Assembly: GCA_019235715.1 (NCBI GenBank)
Contig: JAFAKE010000039.1
Coordinates: 4,677-68,676 of the forward strand
Direction: 5' to 3'
DNA length: 64,000 nucleotides
DNA from: Vulcanimicrobiota bacterium
GTDB lineage: Bacteria > Vulcanimicrobiota > Vulcanimicrobiia > Eremiobacterales > Eremiobacteraceae
Notes under the pieces: model-generated
What the model saw: only the letters and a program-made list of their open reading frames with translations
The model's database searches: none
What the model was told of the DNA's origin: nothing
Part shown: positions 50,929 through 59,873 of the stretch, in pieces
How the letters are laid out: the number at the start of each line of letters is the position of its first letter
Numbering within the stretch: the stretch's first letter is position 1
Position numbers and translations under genes: made by a program

Positions 50929-51917
50929 GCGGTCAACGCCGGCAGGCGCACGGTGAACGTGCTGCCTTCCCCTTCGCGGCTGTCGACAAAGACATCGCCG
51001 CCGTGCGCGCGCGCGATCCAACGGCACAGCGGCAGGCCGAGCCCGTGTCCGCCTCGCCCGTTTGGGCTGCGCACCGAATCGACGCGGTGGAAGCGGCGAA
51101 ACACGTTCTCCCGATCTCCCGCGCGAATCCCCTCGCCCGTATCGCTGACCGCGATAAACGCGGCATCGCGCTGCTGCCAGACAGACACCGACACGCTCGC
51201 GCTGTTGGGGCTGTACTTGATCGCATTGTCGACCAGGTTCGCGACCAGCTGCGAGAGTTTGAGCTCATCTCCCAGCACGAGCGCGGGATCGGAGCGCGCG
51301 ACGCTCAAGGCGATCTCCTTGGCATCGGCCAGCGGCCGTAAATCGCGCACGACGCCGCTGACCAGATGACGCAGATCGGTCGGTTCGCGGTTGAGGGCGC
51401 TATCGGCGTCGACGTGCGCGAGCGTGAGCAGCTGCTCGATGAGCCGGTCCATGCGCTGCGTTTGCTCGTCGATGATGCGCAAGCACTCAGCGATGTCGGG
51501 CGGCATCGGCGTGCGCGAGTGAAGCGCAGCGGATGTCTCCATGCGGATGACGGCCAGCGGCGTGCGCAGATCGTGCGAGGCGTCATTGGTGAACTGCCGC
51601 TGCAGCGCGATCGCCTGCTCGAGCGGGCGCAGCGCTGCCTGCGCTACGAAATACGACGCGATGCCGATGAGCACAACGCCGACGATGTTGGCGAACACCA
51701 GCTGCATCCCGTATGCCGCGAGCTGGCGGTGTGCCGCTTCGACGAACAGCGGATCGTCGCGGAAGGGTTCCACGTCTTGCAGCACTTCGCGGCTGACCAG
51801 CAAGTACACCACGACCGAGAAGGCGACGAGCAGCAAGAACAGGATGCCGGCGATCGTGAGCGCGAGCCGTATGCGAGGAGAGCGTAGCCCTGCCGGCAAC
51901 TCGCGCCATTGCGTCAC
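50925..51917 (-). CDS. sensor histidine kinase, two TM helices with a short ~35-aa extracytoplasmic loop
   Basis: H-box FTNDASHDLRTPL. HATPase motifs DNAIKY, DTGEGI and GGHGLGLPL. GTG 51917 overlaps the regulator stop. Confidence 0.88.
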   Translation of the reverse strand: MTQWRELPAGLRSPRIRLALTIAGILFLLLVAFSVVVYLLVSREVLQDVEPFRDDPLFVEAAHRQLAAYGMQLVFANIVGVVLIGIASYFVAQAALRPLEQAIALQRQFTNDASHDLRTPLAVIRMETSAALHSRTPMPPDIAECLRIIDEQTQRMDRLIEQLLTLAHVDADSALNREPTDLRHLVSGVVRDLRPLADAKEIALSVARSDPALVLGDELKLSQLVANLVDNAIKYSPNSASVSVSVWQQRDAAFIAVSDTGEGIRAGDRENVFRRFHRVDSVRSPNGRGGHGLGLPLCRWIARAHGGDVFVDSREGEGSTFTVRLPALTA

Positions 51918-52588
51918 GATTTGTCGATCGTGTATCCGACGCCGCGCACCGTCCGGATCTTCACGCTGCCGCCCGCCGCATCGAGCTTGCGCCGCAGCAT
52001 CTTGACGTAGACTTCGAGGATGTTGCTGTTGCCCTCGTGCTCGGCGCCCCAGAGCCGGTCCAATATGGCGCTCTTGGCCAGCACGATGCCCGCGTTCTCG
52101 AGCAGGTAGAGCAGCAGGCGGTACTCCGTTTTCGTGAGCTGGATGACGTGGCCGCGCATCGTCGCTTGATGGCGCAGGACGTCGATCGAGAGATCGCCGA
52201 CGGTGACCACGCGCGGACGCAGCTCCTGCACGGGCCTTCGCAGCAGCGCGTGGACGCGCGCGAGCAGCTCTGGAAACGCGAACGGTTTAGGCAGGTAGTC
52301 GTCTGCGCCGCTGTTGAGTCCGGCGACGCGGTCGCCGACCGCATTGCGCGCCGTCAGCATGAGAATCGGCGTCGTGATGCCTTGCTTGCGCGCTTCGGTG
52401 CAGATCGAGAAACCGTCGCGCTTGGGCAGCAGCACGTCAAGGATCGCGAGCTGATAGTCATTGCCGATAAGCTCGTGCAACCCGACATCGCCGTCAGGTG
52501 CGGTGGTCACCGAGAACTTCTGAGCTTCGAGCGCGCGGCGCAGGGAGTCCGAGAGACCGGGGTCGTCTTCAACAAGTAAGAGTCGCAT
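51914..52588 (-). CDS. OmpR/PhoB-family response regulator
   Basis: Receiver motifs LLVEDD...LDVLLP...LMLTAR...KPF. Winged-helix C-terminus EYRLLLYL...VRGVGY. Confidence 0.92.
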   Translation of the reverse strand: MRLLLVEDDPGLSDSLRRALEAQKFSVTTAPDGDVGLHELIGNDYQLAILDVLLPKRDGFSICTEARKQGITTPILMLTARNAVGDRVAGLNSGADDYLPKPFAFPELLARVHALLRRPVQELRPRVVTVGDLSIDVLRHQATMRGHVIQLTKTEYRLLLYLLENAGIVLAKSAILDRLWGAEHEGNSNILEVYVKMLRRKLDAAGGSVKIRTVRGVGYTIDKS

Positions 52589-52613
52589 GACGTCCTAGTA
52601 TGTTCGATGGAGC

Positions 52614-52656
52614 TGAAAATTTCGGCCTGCGAGCGACGCCGCGCGCTTTTCAGGCC
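52614..52656 (-). terminator. terminator-like hairpin downstream of the 69-aa ORF (minus strand)
   Basis: ggcctg...caggcc (52624-52656) with an inner agcg/cgct pairing. On the minus strand it is followed by gaaattttc, and on the plus strand by gttttc. Confidence 0.35.
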
Positions 52657-52660
52657 GTTT

Positions 52661-52870
52661 TCAGCGAGGATCGCCGTGAGCGTCGGGTGATTCGACGTCT
52701 TCTAGCTCGCCGTCCTCGAACGCGAAGGACCCCTGCGGGAACTTGACCAGGAATGGCGTGTATGGGCCGTTGTTCATGCTCTCGAGCACGCCGATCGTAC
52801 CTTTTTCCACCTTTCCGTACTGGCCGAGATCGATGGTCTTGAGAACGCGTACGCGCTTGCCTATTTCCAT
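52661..52870 (-). CDS. hypothetical small protein (69 aa)
   Basis: ATG-initiated ORF filling the gap between genes, with plausible codon usage. No family recognised. Confidence 0.5.
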   Translation of the reverse strand: MEIGKRVRVLKTIDLGQYGKVEKGTIGVLESMNNGPYTPFLVKFPQGSFAFEDGELEDVESPDAHGDPR

Positions 52871-52975
52871 GGGCGGCGACGCTTCGACACGATGTGCGCA
52901 GCAGCCCCTCGTAGAGGCGGGTGCCGCGATGCGCAGCGAAGCCCTCGAGATCCGCCTCGGCGCGCTACCGCCGCG

Positions 52976-53686
52976 CTAGTTGTCGCAGGCGTGCGACGGG
53001 TCTGACGGCGTCGGGCTCGGCGTCGGCACCGGCACGTTGAACTCGAAGGCCGAGAACGTCTGCGTGCCCTTGGCGCGGATGTGGTGCAGCGTCACGTCGG
53101 TGGCCTGAGAGGTCACGACGCTGTGGCCCTGCACGCTGCTGTAGGTCTGCGTGAGCGAGATATAGTCTTTTTCGTTCTCGCGATAGCGCCATTCGACGTG
53201 GTTGATCGCTCCGTCCGGCGCGAGCTCGACATCCACAAATGCGATCTCGCCTTGGACCTTCGGCACCATGTGCAAGTCGAAAAGGTCGGGCCGCGTGCTC
53301 AACGTGATGTCGTAGCAGCGTTGCCAGCGCGTCGCGTCGCCGAACGCTCCTTGAAATTTCGTCAGCCCTTTGAGATAGAAGGGTGTGTGCGGATAGTCGA
53401 ACGTCGTGTATCCGGGCGCTAACACATACGCGTGCCCGTCGAGCACCGGATGCAGATACGGGAAGGTCACTTGGCGCAGATCGAGATGCGCTGAGGCCCT
53501 ATATGAATGAAGCCCGGGATTGCGGTCGACGACGCGCTCGATGACCGCGCCGACGTCGGTCGCTGCCGCCGACGCGTACGACGCGGCCGCGGTCGGTGCG
53601 GCCGACGTGGGTGAGAGCGCAGCGACGAGCAATCCGGCGAGCGCGAGCGCTGCGGTCAAGCGGGCGACGGATGCACCTGAACTCAT
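52976..53686 (-). CDS. secreted hypothetical protein (236 aa)
   Basis: ATG 53686 is preceded by AAGGAAG. Signal peptide MSSGASVARLTAALALAGLLVAALSPTSA. Confidence 0.7.
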   Translation of the reverse strand: MSSGASVARLTAALALAGLLVAALSPTSAAPTAAASYASAAATDVGAVIERVVDRNPGLHSYRASAHLDLRQVTFPYLHPVLDGHAYVLAPGYTTFDYPHTPFYLKGLTKFQGAFGDATRWQRCYDITLSTRPDLFDLHMVPKVQGEIAFVDVELAPDGAINHVEWRYRENEKDYISLTQTYSSVQGHSVVTSQATDVTLHHIRAKGTQTFSAFEFNVPVPTPSPTPSDPSHACDN

Positions 53687-53842
53687 ATGGTTCTTCCTTT
53701 TCCATCCGGCGTAACGGCGTACCCGCAGCCATCGTTCGCCTTCGTGCGCTTTTCGTGTCCGTGCGCACGCCTGGCCCCCTGACAAGGAGGTACCCTCGCG
53801 ACGCGCCGTATCTGCATCTAAACCGCTTTCCGAAAGCAGGCT

Positions 53843-55777
53843 GTGGGCCCATACGTGAAGCGGACGTCGCCGCATGCGCCGCGGTACATGACCGTTCGCG
53901 GCCGGCGCGAAGAGTTCGCAAAGATCGAGCAGCGCCGTCGCGAGTACCTAGGCGACGCGCCAGCCGGTCCGTTGCCGCGCCGCGCCGTCCCCCCGCCCCG
54001 CCGCTCGCCGCTGCGCCCGTTCGCCCGCGCCGGCGCCGGCGCCGCACTCGCCACAACTCTCGCGATGCTCGCTTTTTCCTTGATCGTCGCGGGCAACGAT
54101 CTCGCTAGCGGGCCGGATATCACCGCACGTTCGACGACGCCGTCACGCGCTCGCGTCGCGGACCTCACGTTCAAGGGCGAGCGGCGCGCAGCGGTCGCGC
54201 CGCGAGTCGTGGCGCACGTCGTGCCGCGGCTCACGAACGCGCAGAAAGCGCACGTGCCGGCGCAGGCGCCCGCGCGACCGTCCGGGACCGCTGGCCGCAC
54301 CGCAAAAAGGCCGCTCGCAATCGCAGCGGCGCCGATTCGGCCGGCGCAACCGCTGCGCGCGACGGGCAGCGGCATCTCGATCGAAGCGCGGCCATGGCAG
54401 CTCACGGCTGACGGCACCTGGCGCACGGAAGTCGTCGCGTTCTTCGATGACGGCAGCGGTGCGCAGCAGCCACGCCTGCACGCGCAGGTGACGTTCAATA
54501 GCGATCGCGGCGAGACGGTCGGACTCGATCCGTGGCTGCATCAAACGCCCTCGGCCATGGTGACGACGCGCGCTCCCGCCGCCGTCCAGGTCGACGCGAC
54601 TGCGCTGGAACCGTCGTCCGGATCCGCGACGTTGACGCTGCCGGCACCTCCGACCGATCCCGCCTCGTTCGCCGCGACCACGCGCGTCATCGGGCCGCAC
54701 CTTGTCGTCGTCGGTTGGACGCCGCTGTCCGAAGGCGCCGGGGTTCGCGGTTATCGGGTGTACCGCGTCTCTGCCGAAGGCGCGCGCACGCTGATCGCAC
54801 TGGCGTCGTCGCACGCGCACTCGTGGCGAGACACCAGCGTGGCCGCGAACGGCGCATACGAATACGACGTGGAAGCTGATCTCGGCGGGCGCGATGCCGT
54901 GGCCGTCGCGCGCGCGCAAACGCCGGTCGAGATGGCGGACACCGACATCGGCGCGATCGCCGGCAAGGGGATGTTCTTGTTCTTCTCGCCAGACACGAGC
55001 GATCGCAACTCATATGCGCAATTCGATCCGGATGAAGTCGTCGCGCAAGCGGTGAAGGCCGGCGTTTCAGACATCGAACTGCGCGTTTCGCGCGGCACGT
55101 TCGCAGAGGCGGCCAATCCGGAAGTGCGTGCGTGGCTCGATCGCCTCATCGACGCGGCGAGCGCCGCAGGCATCAAACTGATCGCCTGGTCGGTGCCGCG
55201 GCGCAACACCGCCGACGACGTCGCCGAATCCATCGAGATGGCGCAATATCGTACAGCGGCCGGCAACGGCTTTGCCGGTCTTGCGCTCGATCTCGAGCCC
55301 GGAGATGAGTACATGGGCCACGGCGCAGTTGCGCGCGAGCGCATCGCGGATTATATGGAGATGGCGCGTCAAGCGGTCGGACCAGACTATCTGCTGATCG
55401 CGACCGTGATCTCACCGCGCATGACGCACTTCACCAATGACGATTATCCGTATTCGCGCATCGCGCGCTACGCGAGCGTGATGCAGCCGATGGAATACTG
55501 GCACCACTTCCGCGCCTCGCACGCGTACGCGCAAACGGACGTGGCGGATAACTGTTCGCAAGCCGTGGCGCTGACGCGAACGCTTGCAGGCCGAAACGTG
55601 CCGGTCAACGTCGCGGGCCAGAGCGCCGACCTCGGGCGTACTGGCGCACCCTCACCGGCGGAGCTGGGATGGTGCTTGGGCGCGGCGCAGGCGGCCGGAG
55701 CGATCGGCGAGATGTTCTTCGATTATCAAGGCACGACACCGCAAGGGTGGAGCGCGATCGAATCCTATCGCTGGTAG
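53843..55777 (+). CDS. membrane-anchored protein with an FN3-like segment and a C-terminal TIM-barrel-like (glycoside-hydrolase-like) region
   Basis: Basic N-terminus, TM segment ALATTLAMLAFSLIVAG, and an FN3-like stretch VVVGWTPLSEGAGVRGYRVYRV...YEYDVEA. The C-terminal assignment is tentative, and the start is uncertain (GTG 53843 or ATG 53888). Confidence 0.7.
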   Translation: MGPYVKRTSPHAPRYMTVRGRREEFAKIEQRRREYLGDAPAGPLPRRAVPPPRRSPLRPFARAGAGAALATTLAMLAFSLIVAGNDLASGPDITARSTTPSRARVADLTFKGERRAAVAPRVVAHVVPRLTNAQKAHVPAQAPARPSGTAGRTAKRPLAIAAAPIRPAQPLRATGSGISIEARPWQLTADGTWRTEVVAFFDDGSGAQQPRLHAQVTFNSDRGETVGLDPWLHQTPSAMVTTRAPAAVQVDATALEPSSGSATLTLPAPPTDPASFAATTRVIGPHLVVVGWTPLSEGAGVRGYRVYRVSAEGARTLIALASSHAHSWRDTSVAANGAYEYDVEADLGGRDAVAVARAQTPVEMADTDIGAIAGKGMFLFFSPDTSDRNSYAQFDPDEVVAQAVKAGVSDIELRVSRGTFAEAANPEVRAWLDRLIDAASAAGIKLIAWSVPRRNTADDVAESIEMAQYRTAAGNGFAGLALDLEPGDEYMGHGAVARERIADYMEMARQAVGPDYLLIATVISPRMTHFTNDDYPYSRIARYASVMQPMEYWHHFRASHAYAQTDVADNCSQAVALTRTLAGRNVPVNVAGQSADLGRTGAPSPAELGWCLGAAQAAGAIGEMFFDYQGTTPQGWSAIESYRW

Positions 55778-55830
55778 CAGCAGACCGGGATTCCGCGCAG
55801 CGAGATGCGAATTCCGCAGGCGGTGATCTC

Positions 55831-56832
55831 ATGAGCAGTTCGACGCATCCCGAGTCGGCCGAGCGCATAGATCTGCGCCACATCCCAACATGGGAACGCC
55901 ACGACCGCATGCTGCTGGCCTTCGATCGCCTCGCGCCTAATCAGACGGTCGAGTTTCTCAACGATCACGAGCCCAAGGCCCTGCGCGCGACGGTCGAATC
56001 CGATCGCGAGGGCGTGCTGTTGTGGGACTCGCGCAACCTTGGCGACGGCCGCTGGCTTATCCGCATCACGCGCTTACCGGAAACGCCGCTCGGCAGCGAG
56101 GCGCCGCGCATCGCCTTCTTGCGACGCTGCACGATGTTCAAGACCGCGACGCCCGAGACGCTGCGCGAAGTCGATCGCGTCGCAAAAGAGCGTACCTATC
56201 ACGATCGCATGGTCATAGTCGCCGAGGGTACGAATTGGAATGAATTCGGACTCGTGCGCCGCGGCGTCGTCGAAGTGACGCGCGCGACCGACGAGGATCG
56301 CGAGATCGTGCTCTACGACGTCCCACCCTACGGCGGTTTCAACGAAGCCGCGGTGTTCGACGAGGGCACCGCTGAAGTCACCGTGATCGCACGAGGCGAC
56401 GTCGATGTCCTTGAGATCCCGGCACAATTCATGCGCCAGCTCATCACGCGCAGCGCTGAGGTCGCCATCGGCTGCGCGCGCTTCTTCGCGCAACGGCAGC
56501 GCAGATTGGCAAGCGCTGCGGGCAATCTGGCGTTTGGACGCGTGTTGACGCGCATCGCGCGCGTGCTGCTCGACTACGCATCGCACGAGCAGGGCATGGC
56601 CAAGGGCATCAGCGGCGTCGAGCGCATCACGCAGTCGGATCTCGCCGCGCGCGTCGGCACTGTGCGCGACATGGGCAGCCGCGCGCTCTCGCATCTTGAG
56701 GACATGGGCGCTATTCAGCTGCGCCGCGGACGAGTTGTGCTCCTCAACCGCGCATCGCTCGAAGAGATCGTGCGCACGGGCAAGACGTCAAGCGACGGCG
56801 AGAAACCGAGCGACGGCGAAACCCAGGCTTAA
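55831..56832 (+). CDS. DUF2249 domain fused to a Crp/Fnr-family transcriptional regulator
   Basis: N-terminus IDLRHIPTWERHDRMLLAFDRLAPNQTVEFLNDHEPKAL is DUF2249-like. A cNMP-binding-like region follows, then the HTH ITQSDLAARVGTVRDMGSRALSHLEDMGAI. Confidence 0.8.
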   Translation: MSSSTHPESAERIDLRHIPTWERHDRMLLAFDRLAPNQTVEFLNDHEPKALRATVESDREGVLLWDSRNLGDGRWLIRITRLPETPLGSEAPRIAFLRRCTMFKTATPETLREVDRVAKERTYHDRMVIVAEGTNWNEFGLVRRGVVEVTRATDEDREIVLYDVPPYGGFNEAAVFDEGTAEVTVIARGDVDVLEIPAQFMRQLITRSAEVAIGCARFFAQRQRRLASAAGNLAFGRVLTRIARVLLDYASHEQGMAKGISGVERITQSDLAARVGTVRDMGSRALSHLEDMGAIQLRRGRVVLLNRASLEEIVRTGKTSSDGEKPSDGETQA

Positions 56833-57027
56833 TCCCTTACATCGTCTGCAAACTGGCAAGAAGGCGTTGGCACCGCACGCGTGATACGATCTCTTTGAAC
56901 GCTATGCGCTCGCCAACTTCGACGCCTCTCCGGACGACGCCCAGGCCAGCAGTGCATTTGCCTAGGTACGATTGAGTCGTTTTAGGAAACTAGACTCGCT
57001 GGCCGAATTCTTGCGGAGAGACTAGCG

Positions 57028-58683
57028 ATGCTTCGACTTCGATTTTTTTCGTCGAACGTAAGCCTCGTGTTCTTTTGCTTCCTAGTCGCTGCATCCATGA
57101 TCGCTGGGTGCTCGATGCACGGTTTAGCGCCTTCAATACCAGAAGCATCGGGGCCGTACCCGGCTGGACCGATCGAGAAGCAAAGCCAGTCTTATCCATG
57201 CAGCCCGACGCAGTACTCACAACTGACCCATAACTACCCTGGAGACACAAACGCGAACGGATTCGCTTATAATGGAACGGGGTACAGGGGCGTCTTGACG
57301 GTGCACGTCGCTACCAATCCGATCCCTCATGCGACTTCGTACTTCACACCCAATCCGCTCACCACACAGAACAACTACCAAGGCTTCTTAGAAACACAGA
57401 TAGGGATGTCTGCGCCACCGGGCGATTATGATGTGACCATGACAATAGCGGTTACAGCGACCGCAAAGCCTCCTAATTTTGGCACCCAGCACAATTGTAT
57501 CGTCATTGCTACGCCACCGATAGTGAGCATTACGAACGTTAATGTCGCCAGCGCACCGGTCGTTAGCGTTATTGCCTCTCCGACGGCGACCAACGGGGAA
57601 TTCCAGATCTACACGATTGGGCAAGCGGTGGTGTCCATGCCGCGGCCAACTGATGAGCCAGTCATTTCCGCCAACACGGGCGTCATCTATGAGAGCAACA
57701 CATTCGAACCAGGCGGCGCGCGCAACTTTTTGTTCACTTTCATGCAAAATACGCCGGCTCCATCCGGACAGCCGGCGTTGATCGCGCCTGGTCGCTACAC
57801 GCAGGTGCAAACTTACTGGGATAATTATGGTTCGTATCACGACCCAAAGGTCTCGACGACCTCAACGCCCATGCCGTGCTACAGTCTGAGCAATGACGTG
57901 ATCAACCAATCACTAAGGGATAACCCCGCGACCATGTCCTTGGCCGTCCAACTTCAAGCCACCGCTACGCCAGCGGCAGTTAAACCGATTGTGTTGTATT
58001 ACAATACGCCGGATCCCAGGTATCCTGGCATTGACGGTTTCGCCTATATTCAAGGCACCATGTATCCGACTGATGCGCTACTTTATATATACTATGGACC
58101 CATACCGCCAAGCAACCTAAGTGAGGTTATCTTTCATGAGCTCGATCACTTCTACTATTCGGGCCCGACTAATGGCGTGTTCCCCGCGCAGCTTTGCCAA
58201 GGCACAGTACCTTGTGCGGCATCTTCCACTCTGATGCTTGGGGGCAAACCGACGACCTTTCTTTGGAATCTGTTGCCAGTGCAAATGACAGCATCGAATG
58301 GGTACGACGACTTCATTCATTTATTAATCCACAACGATCTCATAAGCGGCTTTAACTCCGACAAGACGGGCGCACTTAACGAGGCCTTCGATCAAGTCAG
58401 CCCGCCGCCAAGTCCGGCTGGGGTTTTCCCTGTGCCCAACGCAAACCAGTGGTCTCAAATTCAAGCAGCCTACGCGAACCAAAAAATCTCTTGGAATTGG
58501 GCGACCCCAACGCCCGCACCAGGGTTCACGCCTTCACCCCTACCCATGCCAACACCCACACCTGTGCCTCCTCCTCCCAAAGGACTAACGTGCGGCTCAG
58601 CACCGCACATCGCAACAAATGCGATTCGACCAAGGGTGCCTAATTCAGTAAAAGCGTGGACAAGACCGGACCCCGTCCAATGA
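57028..58683 (+). CDS. lipoprotein with a HExxH motif (candidate zinc metallopeptidase) in low-GC patch 2
   Basis: GGAGAG lies 8 nt before the ATG. Lipobox MIAGC. FHELDH is at nt 58135-58149. Pro-rich C-terminal tail. The protease call rests on the motif alone. Confidence 0.7.
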   Translation: MLRLRFFSSNVSLVFFCFLVAASMIAGCSMHGLAPSIPEASGPYPAGPIEKQSQSYPCSPTQYSQLTHNYPGDTNANGFAYNGTGYRGVLTVHVATNPIPHATSYFTPNPLTTQNNYQGFLETQIGMSAPPGDYDVTMTIAVTATAKPPNFGTQHNCIVIATPPIVSITNVNVASAPVVSVIASPTATNGEFQIYTIGQAVVSMPRPTDEPVISANTGVIYESNTFEPGGARNFLFTFMQNTPAPSGQPALIAPGRYTQVQTYWDNYGSYHDPKVSTTSTPMPCYSLSNDVINQSLRDNPATMSLAVQLQATATPAAVKPIVLYYNTPDPRYPGIDGFAYIQGTMYPTDALLYIYYGPIPPSNLSEVIFHELDHFYYSGPTNGVFPAQLCQGTVPCAASSTLMLGGKPTTFLWNLLPVQMTASNGYDDFIHLLIHNDLISGFNSDKTGALNEAFDQVSPPPSPAGVFPVPNANQWSQIQAAYANQKISWNWATPTPAPGFTPSPLPMPTPTPVPPPPKGLTCGSAPHIATNAIRPRVPNSVKAWTRPDPVQ

Positions 58684-59819
58684 ATGCTGCAGCTCGTTTG
58701 ACGCTTCTTATTGCCGTAACGGTGCCGCTATGCGTGCCGTTGTCGGCTGCATTCGCTGATCCGCCAATTTTCGAGTATACCATCAACTTGCCCAATAGCT
58801 CCCCGGTCTACGTCGCTGTCACTCCGCACTGGGACGCATGGTTCAACGACGTTCGCAACAACGTCATTGGCTTCGTACCTTACAATGATCTCACTACCTA
58901 CGAGTTCCCGTTGGTTCCGAACAACGCTGCGCCGCTGTCGATATCGAACAGCGCGCGAAGCGATCGAGATGCATTCATAACGATGGAAGGCGACGTATGG
59001 TTCACGGAATTCGGCAGCGGCAAGCTTGGAACGATCGACCGCAGCGGAACAATGACCGAAACTTCACGTTTCTCGCCCGCGGAATGGAGGCCGGTCCTAA
59101 GAGTCCCGCCACCAGGTGATCAACACGCCTCGATCACGCCGCTGGACGTCATCGTTCGACCGGACGGTGCAGTATGGTTCACGGAGCCGACGCGGCATCG
59201 CATCGGGCGTTACATGAATGGGAATCTCACATTTTATCACGCACCGACTATGGGTGCACCGCTCATGCTAGCATCGGGCCCTGACGGCTCCCTCTGGTTC
59301 ACCGAAACAGTCTCAGGCTGGATTGGAAAATTCGAAAACGGTACCTTTGCCGAATTCACGGCCCCAAATGCGGCGTTCAATCCAATCTCAATTGACAAAA
59401 GCGTGTTGTTTGACACGATTATGCCAGCCCGGCTTGCGGTTCGAGGCGACGGGACAGTATACTTCACCAAGAACTGGCCTATTGCGAGTGGAGATTCGCA
59501 GATCGGCAAACTCGACAAAGCTGGAAAGATTCGATATCTGCAAACGCCAACGGCGAACGCCGGCCCCGCGGATGTGACGATTGGTCCGGATGGAGATGTT
59601 TGGTTTACCGAGTATCGCGCGAACAAGATCGGTCACATCGATGCGAGTGACGTGATCACAGAGATACCATTGCCCACCGCCAACAGTGGACCGCTCGGTA
59701 TCGGCGCGACCCAGGATAGAGCGATTTTCGCCGAACACAAGAGCGGAAAGATCGGCATTCTACGCTGGGGGATTATTCCGCGAACGCGCCCCGATCCGGC
59801 TGTTTCGACTGAGCACTGA
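58680..59819 (+). CDS. secreted 7-bladed Vgb-like/NHL-like beta-propeller protein in low-GC patch 2
   Basis: The ATG overlaps the upstream stop (ATGA). A signal peptide is present. Seven repeats of the type DG.VWFTE....IG. Confidence 0.78.
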   Translation: MNAAARLTLLIAVTVPLCVPLSAAFADPPIFEYTINLPNSSPVYVAVTPHWDAWFNDVRNNVIGFVPYNDLTTYEFPLVPNNAAPLSISNSARSDRDAFITMEGDVWFTEFGSGKLGTIDRSGTMTETSRFSPAEWRPVLRVPPPGDQHASITPLDVIVRPDGAVWFTEPTRHRIGRYMNGNLTFYHAPTMGAPLMLASGPDGSLWFTETVSGWIGKFENGTFAEFTAPNAAFNPISIDKSVLFDTIMPARLAVRGDGTVYFTKNWPIASGDSQIGKLDKAGKIRYLQTPTANAGPADVTIGPDGDVWFTEYRANKIGHIDASDVITEIPLPTANSGPLGIGATQDRAIFAEHKSGKIGILRWGIIPRTRPDPAVSTEH

Positions 59820-59873
59820 CTTTCGCAGAGCACGATAACGGGCCATTGCCGCGACCTTTCCGCCTACTGGGTC

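Noticed and set aside
56885-56965. A GC3-rich 26-codon open frame (…YDLFERYALANFDASPDDAQASSAFA*) at the left edge of low-GC patch 2, possibly a C-terminal gene remnant left by an insertion.
   Set aside because: It has no start codon, is far too short to test by eye, and I recognise no homologue. A tblastn or blastx search is needed before calling it a pseudogene.
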